A stretch of DNA of 64,000 nt, taken from an uncultured Candidatus Rokubacteria bacterium (GTDB lineage Bacteria; Methylomirabilota; Methylomirabilia; Rokubacteriales; CSP1-6). The notes below the pieces were generated by a model that was not told where the DNA came from, did not search any database, and worked only from the letters and a program-made list of their open reading frames with translations. Positions 8,208 through 16,636 of this stretch are shown here, one piece after another. The stretch lies in the NCBI GenBank assembly GCA_963840495.1, contig CAWIZN010000047.1, positions 5,824-69,823 of the forward strand, read 5' to 3'. Each line of letters opens with the position of its first letter. Position 1 is the first letter of the stretch. Both the position numbers and the translations under genes were made by a program.

Positions 8208-9518
8208 TCATGGCCGGATCTTTGACTCATCGAGGGCCCGGGCCAGCAGCGACACCGGATGCGCCACCTCGATGTCTACGCCCTGGGCTCGGCAGTGCTG
8301 GGCGATCTGCATCAGGCAGCCCGGATTGCCCGCGGCCACGATGCTCGCTCCGGTCTCCGCGATGCGCGCCGCCTTTCGGCGGCCGAGGTCGCCGGCGATC
8401 TCGGGCTCGACCAAGTTATACACCCCCGCGCTGCCGCAGCAGAGATCGGCGTCCTTGAGGTCGACGAGGGTGAGGCCCGGAATGCGCCGCAGCAGCTCAC
8501 GGGGCTGCGTCCGGATGCGCTGACCGTGAGCGAGGTGGCAGGCGTCGTGATACGCGACCGTCACCGGCAGGTCGCGGAGCGGCAGGTCGCTGTCGACGAG
8601 CACCTCCGAGACGTCGCGCACCTTGTGGGCGAAGGCCTCCGATGCGGCGTCGGGCAGCCAGTGACCGTATTCCTTGAGCGCGGAGCCGCAGCCCGCGGCA
8701 TTGACCACGATCAGGTCGAGCTCGGGGTCGAACGCCTGGATGAGCTGGCGGGCGAGGCCGCGAAACTCCTCGAGCCGCCCGGCATGCAGGTGCAGCGCGC
8801 CGCAGCACCCCTGCCCGCGCGGCGCGACGACCTCCCAGCCCGCGGCCGCCAGGAGCCGGACCGTCGCCGCGTTCACGTCGGGATAGAGGAACCGCTGGAC
8901 GCAGCCGGTGAGGATCCCGACGCGGCCACGGCGCGTGCCGCGCGCGGGCGTGACCTCGGGCAGCGGCGCCATCCGGTCGGGGACCACCGGCAAGAGCGCC
9001 TCCATCGACCGGAGGCGCTCGAAGGGCCCGAGCACTCCGAGCGACCGGACCACCCCTTGAAGCCCCGATCGCTGGTAGAAGCGCAGCGCGCCGAGCATGG
9101 GCGCGAGCCGGGCCGGGTGGGGAAAGAGGCTCAGCGCGAAGCTGAGCGCGCGGTGGTCCGTGTCGGGCGCGCGCACGCCCTTTCGCGCGAGCTGACCCCG
9201 CGTCGCCTCGAGGAGCTGGCCGAAGGGCACGCCCGAGGGGCAGGCCGTCTCGCAGGCGCGGCAGCCGAGGCAAAGATCGAGATGCCGCGCGAGCGTCGGC
9301 GTCAGCTCGGTGCGTCCCTCGGCGGCGGCGCGCATGAGGTAGACGCGTCCGCGCGGCGAGTCCATCTCCTCGCCGAGCACGCGGAACGTCGGGCACTGCG
9401 GCAGACAGATGCCGCAGTGCACGCAGGCCCGAAGCCCGTCCATGGACGGCGGATCCTCGGAGTCAAATGCGCCGAGGCGGCGGTCGAATGCCCCGAGGCG
9501 GGCCGGATCCACGGCCAT
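8208..9518 (-). CDS. glcF: glycolate oxidase iron-sulfur subunit
   Basis: Starts at MAVDPARL.... Motifs: CVHCGICLPQCPT and CLGCRACETACPSGV, plus two CCG motifs (GCCGALH, LCCGSAG). Its ATG overlaps the glcE stop. Confidence 0.85.
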   Translation of the reverse strand: MAVDPARLGAFDRRLGAFDSEDPPSMDGLRACVHCGICLPQCPTFRVLGEEMDSPRGRVYLMRAAAEGRTELTPTLARHLDLCLGCRACETACPSGVPFGQLLEATRGQLARKGVRAPDTDHRALSFALSLFPHPARLAPMLGALRFYQRSGLQGVVRSLGVLGPFERLRSMEALLPVVPDRMAPLPEVTPARGTRRGRVGILTGCVQRFLYPDVNAATVRLLAAAGWEVVAPRGQGCCGALHLHAGRLEEFRGLARQLIQAFDPELDLIVVNAAGCGSALKEYGHWLPDAASEAFAHKVRDVSEVLVDSDLPLRDLPVTVAYHDACHLAHGQRIRTQPRELLRRIPGLTLVDLKDADLCCGSAGVYNLVEPEIAGDLGRRKAARIAETGASIVAAGNPGCLMQIAQHCRAQGVDIEVAHPVSLLARALDESKIRP

Positions 9519-10830
9519 CACAGCCCTCCCACGAAGCGCCCGGGGTTGAGGACGCCCTCGGGATCGAACTCGTGCTTGAGCCGCCCCATGATCGCGAGAG
9601 CATCCGGCTCCATCGGACCCCACACGTCGACGTGGGCCTTGACCGCGGCGGGCGCCCGCTCGACCACCACGCTGCCCCCCTCGCCGGCCAGCTCCTCGCG
9701 GAGAGGATGCACGAGGGCGTCGGCGAGCTGAGCGCCCGGCGTCACGCCGTGCAGCGCCAGATGGAGCACGCCATTGCCCGCCTGCCCCACGGCCGCGATC
9801 TCGATGGCCGCTGCGCGCGCCAGCGACTCCGCGCGGTCGAGCCAGGCGATGATCCGGCGCGGCTCGCCGGCCAGCTTCAGCACGACGGGAGCGTCGAGCG
9901 GCGTGTGGAGCCTCATCCATGCGGCTGCACCGAGCGGCTCGACGCGGCCGCCGGCACGGCGGACATGCTCGGCGAGCGCCTCGCCCTGCGCCGCGACGGC
10001 CTCCTCGTCGCTCGCGATCGAGACGAGCGATCGCCGGGCCCGTGCTCGGCACTCCGCATTCGAGGCCGGCGCGAGCGTTGAGCACGCTGACGCGCTCGGG
10101 CTCGAGAGGTGACGCGAGGAGCGCGGCGAGAAAGTCCTGCGCCGCCGGGCTCGCGCTCAAACGCGCAGAGCCATGACGCGCTCGACGGTGGCAGCGGGTG
10201 GAGCCGGAGCGTGGCCCCCACGATCACGCCGAGCGTCCCGAGCGAGCCCACCAGCAGCTTGGGCACGTCGTAGCCCGTCACCGATTTCACGACCTTCGCG
10301 CCGCCCCACGTGATCGTCCCGTCGGCCTGGACGAAGCGGACGCCGAGCAGCAGGTCGCGCCCGGCCCCGTAGCGGAAGCGCAGCGGGCCGCTCGCATTGC
10401 AGGCGAGCACCCCGCCGATGGTCCGGGCCTCGCCGCCATACGGGTCGAGGGCGAGCCGCTGGCGCGCGGGTGACAGCCGCGCTCCGAGGGCGCCCAGCGT
10501 CATGCCGGCCTCGACGCTCGCCACCATGTCCTCGGCCACGTATTCCGTCACGGCGTCGAGCCGCGACAGATCGAGGACGAGGTCGAGTCGGCGCGGAGGG
10601 CTCCCGAGACCCTGGCTCGATCCGCTCCCGCGCGGCGCCACCGCCAGGCGCTCGGATGTCGCGAGGGCGAGCAGGCGGCTCACGTCGTTTTCCGTGTGGG
10701 CGCGCACGACCCAGCGGGGAACGACGCCGTCGACGGCGGCGGCCTCGAGCTGCCGTCCATCGGCGAGGACATGCTCCCGCCCGACGACGTCGACGAGTGC
10801 CTCGCGCAGCGCAGGAGCGGAGACGGCCAT
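9518..10830 (-). CDS. glcE: glycolate oxidase FAD-binding subunit (indels near 10157 and 10030)
   Basis: The N-terminus (frame of ORF 9913..11340) reads MAVSAPALREALVDVVG...VAPRGSGSSQGLG...GYDVPKLLVGSLGTLGVIV. The middle piece reads SASPAAQDFLAALLASPLEP.... The C-terminal ORF 9518..9916 reads ...EFDPEGVLNPGRF. Confidence 0.8.
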
Positions 10831-10850
10831 CGCGCTCGGACCCGGTCCCG

Positions 10851-12296
10851 CTAAACCCAGGTCCCGCTCGGCAGGCGCGGGGCCGCCGGACGGAATCCTT
10901 CCCCGCAGGCCGGATGGGACGGCAAGAGCTTGCCCGGGTTCATGATCCCGTCGGGATCGAAGCACCGCCGGAACCGAAACATGAAGTTGAGATCGGCGTC
11001 GCCGTATTGCTTCGGCATGCTCTGGGCCTTGTCGAGGCCGACGCCGTGCTCGCCCGTCACGCTGCCGCCGAGGCGCAGGCACGCCGCCATCAGCTCCTCG
11101 TTGATCTCCTTGGCGCGCTCCGTCTCGCCGGGCACCCGATCGTCGTAGAGGATCATCGGGTGCAGGTTGCCGTCGCCGGCGTGAAAGACATTGGCGATCC
11201 GGAGGCCGTGGCGCGCGCCGATGGCCTGCATCTCGCGCATGATCGTGGGGAGCTTCGACCGCGGCACCACGGCGTCCTGAAGCAGCCAGTTGCTCGTCAT
11301 GCGGCCGACCACGCCGGCGGCCTCCTTGCGTCCCTTCCACAAGAGCGCGCGCTCGGCCTCGTCCTGCGCGACGCGGATCTCGAGCGCGGCGTGATCCCGG
11401 CAGATCGGCACGATGCGCGAGGCCTGCGCCTCGACCTCCTCGCGCGGCCCGTCCAGCTCGATCAGGAGCACGGCCCCCGCGCCCTTGGGATAGCCCGCCC
11501 CGATGCCTTCCTCGATGGCGCGCACGAAGAACTCGTCGATGATCTCGAGCGCCGACGGCACGATGCCCGCGGCGATGATCGCCGACACCGTCTCCGAGGC
11601 GTCGTCGAGCGCGGCGAAGGACGCGAGCAGCGTCTTCACGCCCTCGGGCACGCGCAGGAGCCGGACGATGACGGCGGTCACGAGCCCGAGCGTCCCCTCC
11701 GAGCCGACCACCCCACCGGTCAAGTCATACCCCGGCCGGTCCTGCACCTTGCCGCCGAGCCAGACGAGCTCCCCCGCCCCGGTCACCGCCTGGAGCCCGA
11801 GCACGTGGTTCACCGTGGTCCCGTACTTGAGGCAGTGAGGACCGCCGGCATTGGTCGAGCAGTTCCCGCCGATCGACGACACCATCTGGCTCGACGGGTC
11901 GGGCGCGAAGTAGTAGCCGTGCTCGCGCGTGGCCTCACTCAGCCAGAGGTTGATCAGGCCCGGTTGCACGACGGCGCAGCGGTTCGGGAAGTCCAGCTCG
12001 AGGATGCGGTTCATCCGGTTCATCGCGACCATCACGCCACCGGCGGGCGCCATCGCGCCCCCGATGAGGCCGGTGCCGGATCCGCGAGGCACCACGGGCA
12101 CCTTCTCGCGCCGGCACAACCGCACGATCGTCGCGGTCTGCTCGGCGGTCTCGGGCAGCACCACGAGATCGGGCTGGCCCTTGTAGAAGGTGTGCATGTC
12201 GGCTTCGTAGGTGAGGCGCCCCTCCGGCGACGACACGATCCCCCGGGCGCCCACGATGCCCTCCAGCTCGCGGACGAAGATCGGGCTCAGATCCAC
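10851..12296 (-). CDS. glcD: glycolate oxidase / FAD-linked oxidase subunit GlcD
   Basis: In-frame part of ORF 10851..12860, taken from GTG 12296, which has GAGGG upstream. Motifs: VVPRGSGTGLIGG, GYDLTGGVVGSEGTLGLVT and HAGDGNLHP...GEHGVG. Confidence 0.9.
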   Translation of the reverse strand: MDLSPIFVRELEGIVGARGIVSSPEGRLTYEADMHTFYKGQPDLVVLPETAEQTATIVRLCRREKVPVVPRGSGTGLIGGAMAPAGGVMVAMNRMNRILELDFPNRCAVVQPGLINLWLSEATREHGYYFAPDPSSQMVSSIGGNCSTNAGGPHCLKYGTTVNHVLGLQAVTGAGELVWLGGKVQDRPGYDLTGGVVGSEGTLGLVTAVIVRLLRVPEGVKTLLASFAALDDASETVSAIIAAGIVPSALEIIDEFFVRAIEEGIGAGYPKGAGAVLLIELDGPREEVEAQASRIVPICRDHAALEIRVAQDEAERALLWKGRKEAAGVVGRMTSNWLLQDAVVPRSKLPTIMREMQAIGARHGLRIANVFHAGDGNLHPMILYDDRVPGETERAKEINEELMAACLRLGGSVTGEHGVGLDKAQSMPKQYGDADLNFMFRFRRCFDPDGIMNPGKLLPSHPACGEGFRPAAPRLPSGTWV

Positions 12297-12419
12297 GAGA
12301 CCCTCGTGGCCGAGACCACGATGGTGCGAGAGCCGGATCCGCGAAATCAACCGACAGGGTGAGTTGACTTCCGATGTGATACCGAGGAAGAACACCCACG
12401 TTGAATGGTCCGCTTTCGA

Positions 12420-12481
12420 GCGCGGGCTTAGCCCGCGCCACTCGGGGGAGGATTCGGAAGGGGGCCGGAGCCCCCCTCCGA
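12420..12481 (-). terminator. two adjacent GC-rich hairpins immediately 3' of korB; the second is copy 1 of a repeated module
   Basis: Hairpin 1 is GCGCGGGC-TTA-GCCCGCGC (12420-12438). Hairpin 2 is TCGGAAGGGGGC-CGGA-GCCCCCCTCCGA (12454-12481), which starts 3 nt after the korB stop. There is no U-tract. Confidence 0.5.
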
Positions 12482-12484
12482 GCT

Positions 12485-13525
12485 CTACTTGATCTTCCAG
12501 GTCTCGCCCGAGTGCAGAAGCTTCGCGATATCGCCTGCTCCACGCTTGGAGATGGCCTCCTCCTCCTGGTGGATCAGGATCTGCTCGTAGGTCGTCTCCT
12601 GCTTGCTGGCGAGGACGCCGAGCGGGATCGGGTACTCGGGCGCGAAGAGCTGCGCCAGGACCAGCGCCGTCGCCGAGTCCGTCTCGTCGTGGACCCACAC
12701 CCGATCGGCGGGGACGTCCGCGGCGCGGACGACCTTGGGGCGCACCCCCTCCAGCACCAGGGCGCGGCGGTCGTCGGCGGGGCCGAAGAGCAGCGGCTTG
12801 CCGTGCTCGAGCCGCAGCTCGGCCATGACCTTCGACTCCTTGTCGTAGAGCACCTTCCACGTCATGTCGTTGTAGACGTTGCAGTTCTGGAGGATCTCGA
12901 CGAAGGCGGCACCCTTGTGCGCGGAGGCGCGCTTGAGCGTCTCTTCCATGTGGGCGATATTGCGGTCGACGGTACGGGCCACGAACGAGGCGCCCGCGGC
13001 GAGCGCGAACGTGCAGGGGCTGAGCGGCCGGTCGGCCGAGCCCAGCGGCGTGGACTTGGTCACCGTGCCCAGCTCGCTCGTCGGCGAATACTGGCCCTTG
13101 GTCAGGCCATAGATCCGGTTATTGAACAGCAAGATCGTGACGTCGACGTTCCGCCGCAGCACGTGGAGCAGATGGTTGCCCCCGATGCTGAGTCCATCAC
13201 CGTCGCCGGTGACCACGAACACCTTCAGCTCCGGACGCGCCAGCTTGAGCCCGGTGGCGATGGCGGGCGCCCGGCCGTGAATGGTGTGGAAGCCGTAGGT
13301 GTTCATGTAGTACGGGAACCGGCTGGAGCAGCCGATGCCCGAGACGAAGACGATGTCTTCCTTCGGGATGCCGAGGCCGGGCATGATCTTCTGCACGGCG
13401 CTCAGGATGGCGTAGTCGCCGCAGCCCGGGCACCACCGCACGTCCTGGTCGGACTCGAAATCCTTCTTCGTGTACTTGGGGGCTGGACCCTCTTTCGTCC
13501 CCGCTGCTCCCTTGACGGTGCTCAC
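12485..13525 (-). CDS. korB: 2-oxoacid:ferredoxin oxidoreductase beta subunit
   Basis: Intact 346 aa. It has a TPP-binding-type sequence, WCPGCGDYAIL...GIGCSSRFPYY...VVTGDGDGLSIGGNH. Confidence 0.9.
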   Translation of the reverse strand: MSTVKGAAGTKEGPAPKYTKKDFESDQDVRWCPGCGDYAILSAVQKIMPGLGIPKEDIVFVSGIGCSSRFPYYMNTYGFHTIHGRAPAIATGLKLARPELKVFVVTGDGDGLSIGGNHLLHVLRRNVDVTILLFNNRIYGLTKGQYSPTSELGTVTKSTPLGSADRPLSPCTFALAAGASFVARTVDRNIAHMEETLKRASAHKGAAFVEILQNCNVYNDMTWKVLYDKESKVMAELRLEHGKPLLFGPADDRRALVLEGVRPKVVRAADVPADRVWVHDETDSATALVLAQLFAPEYPIPLGVLASKQETTYEQILIHQEEEAISKRGAGDIAKLLHSGETWKIK

Positions 13526-15394
13526 CGCTTTTCCTCCAAGATCTGGTTGATGGCCTCGAGAATGTCCTGGCTCGCCAGGGGCATGCCGGTCACGCGGTTG
13601 TACCCCACCGCGTCGACCAGGTACTCCGCGCGCAGGACGCGGACGAGCTGCCCGCTATTGATCTCCGGCACCAGGACCCGCCGGTACTGGCGGAGGATCT
13701 GGCCGAGGTCGGGCGGCAGCGGATTGAGATGGCGCAGGTGCACCGATGCCACGCCCTTGCCCTCGATCTGCGCTTCCTCGACCGCCGCCGTGATCGCCCC
13801 GTACGTGCCGCCCCAGCCCACCACCAGCACGTCGCCCGTCGCGGGCCCGTTGATGCTCGTGGGCGGGATTTCCTGGGCCACCCGGCGCACCTTCTCCGCG
13901 CGCGTCAGCACCATGTGCTCGTGATTGTCCGGCTCGTACGAGATATTGCCCGTCACGTCCTGCTTCTCGATGCCGCCGATCCGATGCTCGAGGCCGGGCG
14001 TGCCCGGACGCACCCACGGGCGCGCCAGCGTCGCGGGATCGCGGAGGTACGGGAAGAAGCCCTCCGGGTCGGTGCGGAAATTGACGGGGATGTCGGGCAG
14101 CGTCGTGACGTCGGGAATGAGCCACGGCTCCGACCCATTGGCGAGATACCCGTCGGAGAGCACCATCACCGGGACCATGTACTTGATCGCGATCCTCACC
14201 GCCTCGTAGGCGATGAAGAAGCAGTCGCCCGGCGTCGACGGCGCGATGACCACCACCGGTGACTCGCTATTGCGACCGTACAGCGCCTGCATGAGGTCGG
14301 CCTGCTCGGTCTTGGTGGGCAACCCGGTGCTGGGTCCCCCGCGCTGGATATCGAAGATCACGAGCGGCAGCTCGGCCGTCACCGCGAGCCCGATGGCCTC
14401 GCCCTTGAGCGCGATGCCCGGGTCCGCTCGACGCCGTGACACCGAGGGCCCCGCCGAAGGAGGCGCCGATGGCCGAGGTCGCCGCGGCGATCTCGTCCTC
14501 GGCCTGGAACGTCCGCACCCGAAAGCTCTTGTGCAGCGCCAGCTCCTCGAGGATGCTGCTCGCCGGCGTGATGGGGTAGGCGCCGAAGACGATGGGGATC
14601 TGCGTGCGCTGGGCGGCGGCGAGGAGGCCCCAGGCCAGCGCGCGATTGCCCGTCATGCTCCGGTAGGTGCCCGGCGCCATCTCCGCGGGCTCGACGCCGT
14701 AGTGCTCGGCGAACATCTCCGCCGTCTCACCGAAGGCATGGCCGGCCTTGAGCACGCGGATATTCGCCTCGACGTAGGTCTGGTTCTTGGCGAAGCGCTT
14801 CTTGATGGCATCGAGGGTCGGATCGAGCGGACGCGTATAGATCCACGAGACGAGGCCGAGCGCGAAGAAGTTCTTGCAGCGCTCCTTCTCCTTCGCGTTC
14901 AGCGGAAGATCCTCGAGCCCCTTCATCGTCATCCCGCTGATGTCCACCTGGTAGAGCCGGTGCTTCTCCCCCAGCGTGGCGTCCTCGAGCGGATTCGTGG
15001 CGTACCCGGCCTTGTCCAGGTTGCGCTTGTCGAAGGCCGCCGTGTTCACGATGAGGATCCCGCCCGGCTTGAGGTCGGCGAGGTGGACTTTCAGCGCCGC
15101 GGGGTTCATGGCGACGAGCGCGTCGAGCTGATCGCCCGGCGTATAGACCCGTTGGCTGCCGAACTGAAGCTGGAAGCTCGAGACGCCGAACAGCGTGCCG
15201 GCGGGCGCGCGGATCTCGGCGGGGAAATTCGGCAGGGTCGAAATGTCGTTTCCGGCCCACGCCGCCTCGGTGGTGAACTGCTCGCCCGTGACCTGCATGC
15301 CGTCGCCGGAGTCGCCGGCGAACCGGATCACGGCCCGGGTGAGCGTGCGCCGCGGCTTCTGGACAACCCCGGCCGGAGTCATCGTATCGCTCAT
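13522..15394 (-). CDS. korA: 2-oxoacid:ferredoxin oxidoreductase alpha subunit (indel at the CCCGGG run ~14417-14422)
   Basis: The N-terminal ORF 14267..15463 is read from MSDTMTPAGV... and contains ...FAGDSGDGMQ...GAYPITPAS. The C-terminal ORF is 13522..14442. The frames join at ...TASSGPG|IALKGEAIG. Its stop overlaps the korB start. Confidence 0.9.
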
Positions 15395-15472
15395 CGCTGT
15401 CCTTCTTTCTGCGTTATTAGGCTCGGTGATGTGTCCGGGGAGGTTCCCCCACCTGAATGACACTGCACGCTG

Positions 15473-15501
15473 ATGCTACCCAAACTGTTGTAGAGAAGCA
15501 A
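15473..15501 (-). promoter_or_regulatory. candidate sigma70-type promoter for korAB
   Basis: The minus strand reads TTGCTT-N17-TAGCAT, 79 nt upstream of the korA ATG, in an unusually A/T-rich spacer. Confidence 0.3.
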
Positions 15502-15579
15502 GAAGCTCTTGGCTGACTGGTCCGACCTGTGGACCGATGACTGCCCCGTCTGCCTGACTCTTGGGCACCATCACTCGCG

Positions 15580-16477
15580 TCAGTCGGCTGAGGCATCGTC
15601 GGGCTTCTGGAGCTGCTCGATGAAGCGCGCCACCGCGGGCGTCAGGCGCTTCCCCTTGCGATGGATGACGCCGATCGGGCGCACGAGTCCCGGGAGGGTG
15701 ACGGGCACCGCGGCCAGCGTGCGCATGCCGAGCTCCTTCCGCACGGTCGGACGCGGCAGGATGGAGAGTCCGGCATTGATGCCGATGGCCTGCTTGATCG
15801 TCTCGACATTGTCGAAGGCCATCACGACGTCGACCTTGACATTGTGCTGGCGCAGCGCGCGGTCGATGGCCTTGCGAATCGCCAGGTCGTGGTCGAACGC
15901 CACGAACTTCTCCCCGTGGAGGTCGAGGGCGGCCAGGGACCGGCGCCGGGCCAGTCGATGCGCCGGGTGGACGACGACCATCATGGGCTCGGAGCGGAGG
16001 TGGACGACCTCGAGCGCCCGCGTCGCGACCGGGTAGGACAGGATCCCGAGGTCCGCCTCGTCGTTCACGACCGCCTCGACGACCTTGTGCGGGTGCAGGC
16101 ATTCGAGCAGCACCCGCGCCTGCGGATACGCCGCCTGGAACGGCTGCATGTGCCGGCTCATGTCGTGCAAGCCGACCGAGTAGATCGCGGCGACCCGGAC
16201 CGTGCCGTCGACGCGCTGCCGGGCCGCCTGGACCTCGACGCGCGCCTTCTCGAAGTCCTGCAGCAGCGTTCGGCACGCCTCGTAGAAGAGCCGCCCCTCC
16301 TCCGTCGCCTGAAGCGGGCGCCGGGAGCGGTCGAGCAGCGCCACGTCCAGGTCGCTCTCGAGCTGCTGGATCGGACTGGCTCGCCGCCGACTGGGATATC
16401 CCGTGCGCCGCCGCGCCGCGGGAAAAGCTCCGCAGGCGGACCACGTCGCAGTAGAGCTGGAGGGTGTCGAGGTTCAC
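15580..16477 (-). CDS. LysR-family transcriptional regulator (indel near 16372)
   Basis: The HTH part reads VNLDTLQLYCDVVRLRSFSRGAAAHGISQSAASQS in one frame. The remainder (ALLDRSRRPLQATEEG... plus the substrate-binding domain) is ORF 15580..16344. Confidence 0.8.
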
Positions 16478-16496
16478 AGTGAGGAAAGATACCACT

Positions 16497-16516
16497 ATTA
16501 GTGTAGCTGATGTAAT
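16497..16516. promoter_or_regulatory. ATTA-N12-TAAT dyad in the lysR/gltB divergent region (candidate LTTR box)
   Basis: ATTAgtgtagctgatgTAAT lies in the most A/T-rich stretch of the window, between the lysR start (16477) and the gltB start (16637). Confidence 0.3.
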
Positions 16517-16636
16517 GATTTTTGAGTTTAGGGCTTGGCTAATGGTGGCGGTCGGTGTAGGCTCACGTTTCAAGTTGGGCTGTTGTGTTCCCATGCCGCC
16601 GGCGGACCGGCGGCACTCACCAGGAAGGGGACGGCG

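Noticed and set aside
4922-8458. Very long plus-strand ORF (1178 aa). Similar giants on the non-gene strand include 51730..56217 (1495 aa), 41115..42989, 27502..29301, 18402..21044 and 10470..12362.
   Set aside because: They run antisense to genes with unmistakable conserved motifs (lutABC, actBC, topA, the rSAM, gltB, glcD). Their translations are low-complexity R/G/A/P-rich, which is typical of stop-codon-poor antisense frames in high-GC DNA.
12454-12481. Calling the repeated hairpin loops canonical C(UUCG)G tetraloops.
   Set aside because: On careful pairing the loops are UCCG (copy 1) and a 4-6-nt UUCG-containing loop without the required C-G closing geometry (copy 2). I therefore describe them only as GC-rich hairpins.
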